A stretch of DNA of 64,000 bases from Eledone cirrhosa (lineage: Eukaryota): the NCBI GenBank assembly GCA_964016885.1, contig OZ024756.1, positions 29,946,001-30,010,000 on the forward strand, read 5' to 3'. The notes below the pieces were generated by a model. It had not been told where the DNA came from and made no database searches. It worked only from the letters and a program-made list of their open reading frames with translations. The first letter of the stretch is position 1. The number at the start of each line of letters is the position of its first letter. Made by a program: the position numbers and the translations under genes. This document shows positions 14,164 to 26,303 of the stretch, one piece after another.

Positions 14164-14217
<54 letters not shown>

Positions 14218-14364
14218 CATATACAGTATATATGTATGTATACATACATACATATATATAAACTTATATATATATACATACACCAGCCAAACACACACAA
14301 ACATACACACGCAAACGCAACTACCACGTAGTGATAATTTTATAGTCAATTTTACCATAGACGG

Positions 14365-14980
14365 TTGTTCGGCAGCTTACCATTTGTTGCGTTCCTCTGT
14401 CATTACCTTTGAGATCATCTTTTATCCTTTCTATTTCCGTCTTTTGTTGGTCATCCTCTTCCATCGTTTCTTTCCATTTGGATCTCCTGGTGCTTTGTTA
14501 CGCAACTACAGTCATTCATACTCGTTACATGTCCGTACCAGCGTAGTATTCTCTCATTAATCTAGTTTTTCTCTTAACTCGTTTGTGCTTCGGAATACCT
14601 GCACACTACTTACGTTACAGACCCAGCAAATTTTGCTCCTTTTATAGATTTTCCACATCAGACCCAGGATATTATACTCCCTTTGTAGATTTTCCACAAA
14701 CAGACCCAGACTATATTCCCTTTGTAGTATTGTTTTCACATACAGACTCAGATTATGCTCCTTTTGTAGTTTTTTCACAAACATACCCAGCATATTATGC
14801 TCAATTTGTAGTTTATTTCACAAATATACCCAGCAGAATATGTTCCCTTTGTTGTTTTTTCCACATCAGACCCAGATTATGCGCAATTTGAAGTTTTTTC
14901 TTCACAAAGACATCCTCACTTCATTGCAGAGAATTTCTTCTCTTCTCGCTTATAACTACTTTCGAGTCTAGCCTAACATT
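14365..14980 (-). pseudogene. decayed RTE-clade LINE ORF, C-terminal region after the RT domain
   Basis: minus-strand frames read ICWVCNV...STNELREKL, then ILRWYGHVTSMNDCSCV...GRG*P, matching the RTE motif R.LRWYGHV.R...GRGRP; stops and frameshifts present. Confidence 0.75.
14618..14905. repeat. 39-43 bp minisatellite (~7 units) inside the RTE fragment
   Basis: CAGACCCAG-like anchors at 14618, 14659, 14701, 14743, 14782, 14825, 14867. Confidence 0.85.
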
Positions 14981-16122
14981 TATTATTAACCAATAATCAA
15001 GTCTTAGTAGTTTTCTATTACCGAAAATATATATTTTTGCCGTGGCTATTATTTTATCTAGAAATCAGAATAGGTTAAGGGTAAATTATTTGTCATTATT
15101 TCACATATTTCTTTTAATAATTCGTATATATATATTTTTACATTTGATTTGTAATATATAATACATATTATATAACATAGCCAATACTTATTTTTTCGAT
15201 TGAGCAACCGATAATTCTTTAGTCCACCATTTTGAATATTTTCTTTTTTCTGTTCGGTATGCTGATATTATTTTTCAACGAGTTTTTTTTCCTTCTTTAG
15301 TATAAGTGTTTTAATATCGTAGTAATGGAATATAAATCAGGCCCATATTTACCAAAATTCTGGATAGCTAATGTGAAAATAAAATAATATATAAAAATAT
15401 AAAATTGAAAACAAAAAAAAATGCAACAAAAAGATGAAATAAACTGAAACAAACAAAAACTAACCAAAACAATTTTACTTTCATTCAATATCGTTTACGT
15501 AAGTAATATTATTTTTTATCAATGAACCTTTGAAGGAATCTCTTATCTTCCAATGTTTGGGATTCAACAACAACAAAAACCACAATAACAACAGCAATAA
15601 CCAGCACAACAACAACATAAACAATAACAACAACAACAACAGCAGCAACAAACACACAACCACTACTACAACCACCACAACTACCACCACCACCACAACT
15701 ACCACCACCACCACCACCACCACCACAACAGCAACCACAACAACACCAGCAACGACAACAACTACAAAAACAACATCAACAACCACTACCACCACTACCA
15801 CCACCACCACACCACCAGTTTTTAGTTTTGCTATCGATTAGGTTTTCATTTGCGGGGGATGAATGATTTTTCAATATATATATATATGAATGTATATATA
15901 GTGTACTTTGCAATACACTGTATCCTTAATTAAAAGCATTTCGAAGACCTTATGCTATTGTTTTAGAGTAGTGACAGACTGACTTACTTTAATTTTCAGC
16001 AATGGATGTTTGGTTCTTATAGAATTCTAGTAAATAATCAGGAACTGATTATACAGCAAACAGCATGATTTCAAACAGCATGATTTCAAACAGCATGATT
16101 TCAGCAAACAGGAGGAGTAGTT

Positions 16123-16167
16123 GGCTTTGATAAGCATCAATAAGTGCGAAACAGGGCCTTGTCAGCT
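16123..16167 (+). ncRNA. degenerate type I hammerhead ribozyme (PLE type)
   Basis: GGCT-TTGATAA-GCA..TGC-GAAAC-AGGGCCTT-GTC-AGCT: stem I GGCT/AGCT, stem II GCA/TGC, near-palindromic stem III, GUC site; core differs from CUGAUGA at two positions. Confidence 0.6.
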
Positions 16168-16180
16168 TTATCTCCTCTAT

Positions 16181-16265
16181 TTGCTGAAAATGAAAGTAAG
16201 TGAGTCTGTCACTACTCTAAAACAATAGCATAAGGTCTTCGAAATGCTTTTAATTAAGCATACAG
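16181..16265 (+). ncRNA. degenerate type I hammerhead ribozyme
   Basis: TTG-CTGAAAA-T-GAA...TTC-GAAA-TGCTT-TTAATT-AAGCA-TA-CAG: 6-bp stem III and AUA site; core G>A change, weak stems I and II. Confidence 0.45.
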
Positions 16266-16324
16266 TGTATTGCAAAGTACACTATATATACATTCATATA
16301 TATATACCTATTTCAGAGTACCAA

Positions 16325-16397
<73 letters not shown>

Positions 16398-16447
16398 ATG
16401 GCTGAATCTTAACCACCTACTATGTCAGGGTATGTCATGCATCATCT

Positions 16448-16514
16448 TATTTTATCTGATGAGGACGTACTGTTGAACTTAACTCAGTACCTCTGAAATA
16501 TGTATAATAAAATA
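16448..16514 (+). ncRNA. type I minimal hammerhead ribozyme (PLE type)
   Basis: TATTTTAT-CTGATGA-stem II (GTACTG/CAGTAC)-GAAA-TATGTA-TA-ATAAAATA; 8-bp stem I; within a ~150-bp repeat (16405-16555) homologous to 47941-48070. Confidence 0.7.
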
Positions 16515-16556
16515 TACTTGATCACAAGAATATCTATTTTGTTAATATTTTGAATT

Positions 16557-16624
<68 letters not shown>

Positions 16625-16906
16625 ATTTCCGTGGAAAAGGTAAAGGAAAGAAGAGTGCTCTATGTGTAGTACAGAGCTATTTAATTATGTAATAAACAAA
16701 ACAATATAATTATTCCATTACTCATTTTCTTTTATTTCAGCCTCACTTTCAATTTTAATAGATTTTGATTTTAATTTCATATCTTACATCCATATTAAAT
16801 TTTCCTTCTAATGAACGACTTCGAACGCCTTTGTTGGGGTCGCCAGTCTTCGTGAAACCTTGGGTAATGGAATGATTATATTCTGTTGTTTATTATACCC
16901 TCCCCT

Positions 16907-17005
<99 letters not shown>

Positions 17006-17321
17006 AGTATGGGGTTAACAGAACAGAGATGTGCGGATCATATTGAGTGTATGTGTGTGTGTGTGTGCGTGTGTGTATGTGTATGGGTGTGTGTATGTGT
17101 GTGTGTATGAGTGTGTGTAGGCCAAACCAAACGATGAGTCACATGACTATGTGTTAAACAAAGGAAATGACCAACGACACATCTAATTTGTTTCATGCCG
17201 CAACAGGTATTAGATGATAAGGTTAATTAATCTACTTCCGGTTTATCTTTAATTTCGACGCCATCTTTTATCTGTGTACATATATATATATAACTAACCT
17301 CCTATATATATATATATATAT

Positions 17322-17373
<52 letters not shown>

Positions 17374-17380
17374 TAAATAA

Positions 17381-17424
<44 letters not shown>

Positions 17425-17498
17425 TTAAGTGAATATATATATTTAAGTGAACAACACAAAATATAACTACTCCATATGTATATGTATATATAAATATA

Positions 17499-17548
<50 letters not shown>

Positions 17549-17807
17549 GGGGTTAGTAGGTTGAAATTAGTAATGTATGACATAGTTTGATGATGATGAT
17601 GATGTTGATGATGATGATGATGATGATGATGGTGATGTATATACACAATGAACAATGTAATTCGAGATACATCATGAGTTAGAGCAGTCGGCGTGGTGGA
17701 GGGGTATAGGAGGGTGACGGCTGGAACGCTTTTCATAGTCCCCGGAAAGAAACAATGCAGTTTATTAATAATAGATGAAATTAATACATGCTTTAGCATC
17801 AATTCTT

Positions 17808-17858
17808 CATAGCCAGCCTATGAACGTTTCAGCCTATGAACTTTTCAGCCAATCCTCG
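17808..17858 (-). mobile_element. solo mariner-type terminal inverted repeat fragment
   Basis: reverse complement CGAGGATTGGCTGAAAAGTTCATAGGCTG matches 30166-30190 and 30699-30733. Confidence 0.6.
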
Positions 17859-18403
17859 TTTGTAATTAATTTGATTTCTGCATCACTAATTAAGGTAATT
17901 AAGCCAAATAAATTGGAACAGAATATGTCGAAATATGGAAGCTGTCTTTTTATGTGGGGAATTATACAGAGTTCACCTTATTTTCGCATCATTAATTAAT
18001 GTAAATAAATTTGCATCTGAAATATTTATAATATGCATTTACGTCTCAGTGAAATCATTTTGTGGAAAAGATAGATGTGTATTTGATTCAATGAAATCTT
18101 TGCGAAAGATGAGAGAAGCCCATTAGGTTAGCGATTAGCCACAGGTTTAATGGCGTTTACTCAATCCTTGTCCTCTCCTGCTGACTCTAATCTATAGGTA
18201 GTTGCATTCAAAGCACTGATCTCGTAGCCATGCCAACTGAAGCATGCAAAATGTGGGAGTTACTGACAATTTAACACTTAAAATTGAACGTCTTTTTGAT
18301 TTTGTTCTTTCGCCTACTGATGATTTTATCTTGCAAAGTGATGGCTTAACGAGAGAGCTCCTCTCTCTTTCTCTCACTCCACTCTCTCTCTCTCTCCCTG
18401 ACC

Positions 18404-18456
<53 letters not shown>

Positions 18457-18614
18457 GAAGATGCAATTTGTAATTCACTCATATTTATATATATATATAT
18501 TTGAAAATCACAAGAACTGTGAAACCGGTAAAGTAAATAAATATGCTTAAAAAGCTCCAGTTGCATTTTCAATTCCTTTTCCGTGTGTGTGTGTCACACA
18601 CACACACACAGACA

Positions 18615-18709
<95 letters not shown>

Positions 18710-19423
18710 TCAACTGTATATACAACTATATATATGTAGTATATATGTATATACAACTGTTCTCGTACTACACAACTGTGTGAGTGTCTGAAAGTGTCTA
18801 TACATGCCTGTATGTATATGCATGTGTGTGTACAGAAGCGTGTGTGTGTGCATGTGCCAGTGTGTTTGCATGAGTATGTGTGTGTGCGTCTATGTATGTA
18901 TGTATGTGTGTGTGCGTGTGCGTGTCTGTGTATGTGTGTATGTGTGTGTGTATGTGCGTGTGTGTATCATCTATGTATGTATGTGTATGTATGTATGTGT
19001 GTGTCTGTATGTGCTTGTGTGTGTGTATATATGTGTCTGTGTATGTGTGTATGTGTGTGTATATGTGTGTGTATATGTGTGTGTGTATGTGTATGTATGT
19101 GTGTGTATGTATGTGTGTATATGTGTGTGTGTATGTGTATATGCGTGTGTGTGTATGTGTGTGTGTGTATGTGTGTGTACTCATTTGGAAACCATCTTTG
19201 TAATGTCATTTAGTTCTCTTCACTTATTAATTCTCGATCAAAGCAGTCACCCATTATAAAAAAAATGGCACGTGTAGGATATTAGACACACACACACACA
19301 CACACACACACGCCACATATACACTAACATATCCACACTCAAAAATACACACGCACATATATTTGTATGTATATATGTATGTACGCATATATATATATAT
19401 GTATGTATGTATATATATGTATG

Positions 19424-19527
<104 letters not shown>

Positions 19528-19673
19528 CATCTATATATCTATATCTCTCTCTCTCTCTCTATATATATATACATATATATATATATCTTATCAAATATAT
19601 ATAAATAACTCGCCATTTATTGTTGTTGCTCTTGTTAATGTCGCTTCTGTTGTTGTTATTGCTGTTGTTGCTT

Positions 19674-19705
<32 letters not shown>

Positions 19706-19891
19706 GCTTTTGTTGCTGTTGCTTTTGTTGTTGTTGTTGTTGCTTCTGCTTCTATTGCTCCACAAAATGAAAGACTCGCCGTTGGAATCTAACGTAGACT
19801 CACGACGACAAACACTACCACCACCACCACCACCACCATCACGACAAAGACGACAACGACGATGACCCCCCCCCACACTACCGAAACCACT

Positions 19892-19923
<32 letters not shown>

Positions 19924-20163
19924 CACCATCGAGAATACCAGAACTAAATTGATGTCAGCCAAGTATGCCAGGAACTTTCTAGAACAATAGCCCCGAGGCC
20001 TTTTGGGTGTGAGGCTTATCTGCGAGTCTTTTGTCTCTAGAACATTCCCACAAGCATTGTCACAAATATAATGGCTTCTATCCATAGATAATTTCTTTTA
20101 TTTTACTTCTTTTAGTTCTGTGCCTCAGTCGGAACCTGTGTGTTCAATATGTTGGTATGTATG

Positions 20164-20237
<74 letters not shown>

Positions 20238-20284
20238 CATATATATATACATACATATATATATATATATATGTATGTATATAT

Positions 20285-20349
<65 letters not shown>

Positions 20350-20424
20350 TATATATATATTATATGTATATATAAATGTATATATATATATATATGGATG
20401 TATATATATGTGTGTATATATATG

Positions 20425-20503
<79 letters not shown>

Positions 20504-20562
20504 TTATATATATATATATGGAATACTGTTAACTTCTCGCTACAACAATTTCTATACCTTTC

Positions 20563-20661
<99 letters not shown>

Positions 20662-21444
20662 CGAATACTTATTAATTCACCATGTAATTTCAGAAATTAA
20701 ATATCTTGGATAAACTAAGATCGCACTGCCTAAGTTCATAAACACACACACACACACACACACCTACGCACACACACACATGGCGAACGAACCCAAAATG
20801 TACTAAGGAATGTTCTCTTGAAGTGACAGGAAAGAAACGTTAATTAAATGAGATTTATCTCCCCTGGAGGTCTCATAAACCTGATTGTTTATGCCTGATG
20901 AAAAACATATACATGTAACTATTAACGATTGGATCTGCGACAGTCTTAGAAAAGTTACTCTAATATAATGAGCTGGTGCGGTTTCTTTGTCTAGGTCATA
21001 TGTCGTAGTTGGAGTTCATTCGGACAATAATCACTTCCTCCTTTTCCTCTCACATACCTTCTCCTGCCCCTCTTCTCGCGCCCCCTCCTTCATTCTTACC
21101 TCGCTTCTCTTTCTCTTTCTCTTCCAATTAATCTCTGTAAGTTTTACTGTTATCTCTTTGAGATTGTCTTTGGTAATTTATGCTTTTTTATTGTTGAAAA
21201 GCGTGAACTGAAGCTATTATCTATAATAGATGAATAATATTATAATAGATTGTGAGCTGCTACAACGCAGATTAAACTACAAAATAGACAAAAAATGGAT
21301 AGAGTCGCCTGCAGGAAAATCGAACCCACATCTATCATTTGGTTGAGTATCACATTTGACTCAACGTTTTGTAAAAAAGATTGTTTCTTTGCTGACATCT
21401 CTTGGCTGAAGGAAACACTTTAAAATAACGGACAATTGGTCAGT

Positions 21445-21516
21445 TGCGCTATGGTGTTATAGTAACGCAGCCGTCCAGCATAAGGCAGTTGAGAGCTTCG
21501 ATTCCCACCGGTTGTG
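21445..21516 (+). pseudogene. tRNA-like cloverleaf remnant (probable SINE head)
   Basis: A-box-like TGGTGTTATAG, D-stem GTGT/ACGC, anticodon-like arm GCCGT/AAGGC with 7-nt loop, T-loop TTCGATT; acceptor and T stems broken. Confidence 0.5.
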
Positions 21517-21600
21517 TTGAGAGCTTCGATTCCCACCGGTTGTGTTGAGAGCTTCGATTCCTGCAGGTTCTGTTGAGAGCTTCGATTCCAGCAAGTTGTG
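21489..21600. repeat. 28-bp tandem repeat x4 containing the B-box-like TTCGATTCC
   Basis: GAGAGCTTCGATTCC at 21491, 21519, 21547, 21575. Confidence 0.9.
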
Positions 21601-21884
21601 GTGATGGAGTCTGTTTGGTTATGAACGGCAGAGAAGGTTTTGCAGGCTTCAGCGATTGAACACCACGTGATTTTTCTGTCATTTCTGAATCCCCTAATGT
21701 GGGGCTTCGTGAGAAGCAGTTGTTTGTGGCTTCCTCCTATTGTTATTATTAGTATCGCTGCTGCTATTATTGCTGCTATTATTGCTGCTACTGTTGTTGC
21801 TGTTCTTGTTGTCTCTGTATATATATATTGTTCTGGTGACGCAGCTTGATGGAGCATGCAACTATTGATATACTCTTGTTTATA

Positions 21885-21931
21885 GGCTCTGAAGATTCCT
21901 GCCATAGAGTATGGATGAAACACTGTTAGCT
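21885..21931 (+). ncRNA. type I hammerhead-like motif, probably inactive (GUU site), followed by AATAAA
   Basis: GGCT-CTGAAGA-TTCC...GGAT-GAAAC-ACT-GTT-AGCT-AATAAA. Confidence 0.6.
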
Positions 21932-22070
21932 AATAAAACAACGTATTTCTAAGCACTCTTTGGTTATTCCTAAACCTATATATATATGCATCCTGGGTTC
22001 AATCGGGGGTAACAACACTAAGTAAGGTACTCAATACATAGCAGAGTATAACAACTTAATATATAGAAAT

Positions 22071-22122
22071 GGCTTCTACAGGACTAGAACTATTTCATTC
22101 GAAGGAAATCATCAGGAAAGCC
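22071..22122 (-). ncRNA. antisense copy of the same hammerhead ribozyme
   Basis: reverse complement GGCTTTC-CTGATGA-TTTCCTTCGAAT-GAAA-TAG-TTCTAGTC-CTG-TA-GAAGCC. Confidence 0.7.
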
Positions 22123-22162
22123 GACTGTCAATGTGATATGGTAGTATATCACATTCACAATC

Positions 22163-22214
22163 GGCTTTCCTGATGATTTCATTCGAATGAAACAGTTCTA
22201 GTGCTGTAGAAGCC
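22163..22214 (+). ncRNA. type I hammerhead ribozyme with intact core
   Basis: GGCTTTC-CTGATGA-TTTC-ATTC-GAAT-GAAA-CAG-TTCTAGTG-CTG-TA-GAAGCC; stem III ACAG/CTGT, GUA site (cleavage after 22208). Confidence 0.75.
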
Positions 22215-22297
22215 ATATATAGATATTATATAAATATATATATATTTAATATAGAAAAGACTTCTGCAGGACTGTAACTGTTTCATTCGGGAGAAAT

Positions 22298-22413
<116 letters not shown>

Positions 22414-22432
22414 ATAAATATATATATATAAA

Positions 22433-22466
<34 letters not shown>

Positions 22467-22494
22467 ACACAACAGGAGGAACAAAGAATATAAC

Positions 22495-22540
22495 ACCACT
22501 GACGATGTTGCAGATGTGCACAACGAAAGTGTGTTCTGTT
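22495..22540 (+). ncRNA. degenerate minimal hammerhead (PLE type)
   Basis: ACCA-CTGACGA-T-GTTG..CAAC-GAAAG-TGTG-TTC-TGTT; core intact, stems I and III eroded. Confidence 0.55.
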
Positions 22541-22589
22541 ATTAATTCTGGCAATATTACGCAAATATGACCCTCCCCAAGTATAACAT

Positions 22590-22651
<62 letters not shown>

Positions 22652-22958
22652 GACACCTACAAACAAACTTATACAAACACACAACACACTCATATAATAT
22701 CGGCATGAATGTATTTCTGTGTTTATTTGGTATCTGCCAACTTTAATTGGCGAAGTAAAATATCTTATCCATAATTGAATAAATGTTTAATTGAGCAGAA
22801 ACTCCGAGTAACATTCATAGTCTATAGTCTTGGAGAGTTTCAGTTGCTTTATTATAAATTTTACTCTACTTAATGTATTTAGTCAAGAAATCAATCTTGA
22901 TACAGTTCCACCCCCGTATTTAACTCTCTCCTTCACCACATACTTGTATATTTATATG

Positions 22959-23057
<99 letters not shown>

Positions 23058-23061
23058 AGAT

Positions 23062-23112
23062 TTTGCTGTCGAAACGGTAAGAGCTCACCCGTCGGCCACC
23101 GATTCCCTCCAA
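23062..23112 (+). mobile_element. PLE-like 3' stub carrying the 3' half of a hammerhead, inside (TA)n
   Basis: GCTGTC-GAAACGG-TAAGAGCTCAC-CCGTC-GG resembles GCCGTC-GAAACG..TTGAGCTC.GCCGTC-GG of the 40061/49000/63311 family. Confidence 0.5.
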
Positions 23113-23127
23113 TATATAAATACACTC

Positions 23128-23189
<62 letters not shown>

Positions 23190-23231
23190 CGAGAGAGAAT
23201 TAGAGATAGATAAATAGGTAGATAGATAGGT

Positions 23232-23262
<31 letters not shown>

Positions 23263-23313
23263 GAGACCTACGAGATTTTCGTTTTACTTATCTCACTCTT
23301 AAGTAAGAATAGT

Positions 23314-23377
<64 letters not shown>

Positions 23378-23708
23378 CAGCCTCAACACAGTAGAAAGTG
23401 GAGGCTATGAAGAGAATATTAACTAAAAGCCTACAGCACCACAACATTCACCAATATTTAGTAATATCCAGTAATATTCACATCACGTCGGATGGACGTC
23501 TCATTATTTAGCAAGTCATCCATTTTGGCTCGGAATACACAAGCTAACATTTTAACACATACACACACACGCACGTATATAAATGCTCTCTCTCACACAC
23601 ACACATACACACACGCACATGCACATGCACACAGATGCATATGCAGTCATACCCAGGCGCATAAAGACGCATACAAACGTACGCATGTGTGTGTATATAT
23701 ATATATGT

Positions 23709-23753
<45 letters not shown>

Positions 23754-23891
23754 ATATAAACAGCTATATTCATGTATATGTACATATATACATGAACACA
23801 CATATATATATAAATTGTATATATGTGTGCGTGTGTGGGTGTAGGTGTGCATGCGTTTATTTGATTTTGCCTCTCTGCGTGTATGTATATA

Positions 23892-23970
<79 letters not shown>

Positions 23971-24172
23971 TTTTCTAGCTAATCGCATTCCATTACGATT
24001 GTCGCCGTAAGATAATTCTTTTCTTCTGTTAATGGTTTCAATGATTGGACTGCGGCCATGCTGGGGGTACCGACATGATGAACTCATACAAGACGCACAC
24101 AAAAAAGCCTACACCATATATATATATATATACATATATATATACACACACACACATATATATATATATATA

Positions 24173-25037
24173 CGAGGTGGGTCAGAAAAGTTCCACGACT
24201 GATGTCAGAAAAGATTTATTTCAAACCCAAACTTCAGTTTTCTCCTTCAAAGTAATCCTCCCTGGAGTCTAATGCACTTTTCCATTCTTTTCTGCAACGC
24301 TTGCATGCACTCCTTGAAGGATTCTTCCGGGATCCTCCGCAGTTCCGTCGTCACGGCCTTTTTGATGTCGTCCACGTCTTCAAAACGGGTCCCCTCCGGG
24401 TCGTGCTCGAAGATCCATGACTAATCACCGGTGATGACTGTCCCTGGCAAGTCCGGTTCGGTTTCAAAACGCTCGAGGATATCCTGGCACACTTGCATGC
24501 GTCGACCCTTCTGGTCATCGTTCAGCAGTTTTGGCACCATCTTCGCGCAGACTTTCCGCATGTCCAAATCTTCAGTGAGAATCTTCCAGACGCTGTCCCG
24601 ATTCATGCCCAGCTCATTTGCCATCAGTCGAACAGTCACCCGACGATCGCTACGCACCATCTGCCTGACGCGCTTAACGTTGACCTCAGTCCTGGGGTCA
24701 TCTTCCACGTCCTCGCGCCCTTCTTTAAACCTCTTGCACCACTCGAAAACACGTGAGCGTGACATCGTCTCATCTCCATACACTTACTGCAGCAATCCCA
24801 GTGCTTCTGACGGAGTTTTCAAGTTTGTTCCTTGCTCTGTGCTCATTGCTTGACCACCTGAAACAGAGGACATGTATATAAAATTATGAAGAAAAAAGTT
24901 TGATCGCTGCAGAGAGCTAAGATTACAGTTACATACACCAGGGGGATTACTTTGAAGGAGAAAACTCATTGTGTGAAGTTTTGGTTTGAAATAAATCTTT
25001 TGTGACATCAGTCCTGGAACTTTTCTGACACACCTCG
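24173..25037 (-). mobile_element. internally deleted mariner (Tc1/mariner) DNA transposon
   Basis: TA-flanked TIRs CGAGGTG(G/T)GTCAGAAAAGTTCCA(C/G)GACTGATGTCA... extending ~90-100 bp; transposase remnant inside. Confidence 0.95.
24232..24840 (-). pseudogene. mariner transposase pseudogene
   Basis: YGDETMSRSRVFEWCKRFKEGREDVEDDPR (HTH), RKVCAKMVPK, ITGD*SWIFEHDP joined directly to C-terminal GTRFEDVDDIKKAVTTELRRIPEESFKECMQALQKRMEKCI..DYFEG; second and third catalytic Asp regions deleted. Confidence 0.9.
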
Positions 25038-25039
25038 TA

Positions 25040-25238
25040 CGCCGTAGCCAATCCCCCGGCCTTTACCGAAGCGTTGAGGGGATGAAGTTAATATAAAACG
25101 TGGTGTCCTATAAAATAGGGTGAAGACCCTTAGAGACGGAAAAATAAGTAGTCATCGGACGCTACGAGGAATGGAACCTAGTATCTCCCTTGTAACTTTA
25201 TTCCCTCAGCCCTTCATAATAGCCCCGGAGATCGGCTA

Positions 25239-25242
<4 letters not shown>
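25040..25242. mobile_element. ~200-bp MITE with imperfect ~50-bp TIRs, TA-flanked
   Basis: CGTAGCCAATCCCCCGG vs CCGGAGATCGGCTACG; inner TGAGGGGATGAAGTTA vs TAACTTTATTCCCTCA. Confidence 0.65.
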
Positions 25243-25287
<45 letters not shown>

Positions 25288-25712
25288 AGAGATCAATATA
25301 CATACACAGAGTGTTAGGTAGATATATATATATATTAATTCAATAACAGTGTATACTTGTAGAGGATATTGTTGTAATCAATAGGCCCAGCAATGATGAT
25401 ATATTATCGATCTGTGACGTCACTATAACATCACATTCATTCTTAGGTCGGCCATTTTGTTGTAGAGCACATGTACACGAGAACTTTGGAATGGAGGAGA
25501 GAGACAGAGAAGTGATGATGATGATGATGATAGTGATAATGATATTGGTGATATGGATGATGATGGCGATGGTGGTGATGATAATAATAGTTATATATAA
25601 AAAAAAAATAATAATAAAAATTCTGATAATGAAAGTTCTTTATTTGTCACGTGGGCAACATTGTACATGACAAAACAATTTAATAAATATCTACGACACA
25701 GCCAGACGCACT

Positions 25713-25747
<35 letters not shown>

Positions 25748-25762
25748 CTCTTCCCTCTCTTT

Positions 25763-25824
<62 letters not shown>

Positions 25825-25992
25825 ACACACACTCACACACATATACACAGTATATATATGTATATATATAACTTAACTTAAACTTTCATAACTATATATA
25901 TATACAAACATACATACATATATATATGTATATATATATGTATATATATATATATATATACACATATATATATATGTATGTATGTATATATG

Positions 25993-26024
<32 letters not shown>

Positions 26025-26025
26025 T

Positions 26026-26082
<57 letters not shown>

Positions 26083-26084
26083 TG

Positions 26085-26136
<52 letters not shown>

Positions 26137-26167
26137 TATATGTATATAGACATATACATATACATGC

Positions 26168-26217
<50 letters not shown>

Positions 26218-26220
26218 GTT

Positions 26221-26303
<83 letters not shown>

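Larger units (their letters stand above)
15885..16300 (+). mobile_element. fold-back element in (TA)n, probably a Penelope-like terminal repeat with inverted partial copy
   Basis: ~120-bp inverted arms (15885-16003 and 16180-16300); spacer holds 3x AAACAGCATGATTTC (16058-16102); two hammerhead-like motifs on the plus strand. Confidence 0.7.
21990..22218 (-). mobile_element. PLE-like terminal repeat folded back into a ~150-bp palindrome (arms ~22069-22139 and 22147-22216)
   Basis: arms are reverse complements by eye; flanked by (TA)n; stubs of the same family at 22256-22297 (-), 40695-40740, 43673-43725, 48370-48384. Confidence 0.75.

Noticed and set aside
21445-21516. Functional tRNA gene
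   Set aside because: Acceptor and T stems are broken and there is an extra base before the T loop; kept only as a tRNA-like remnant
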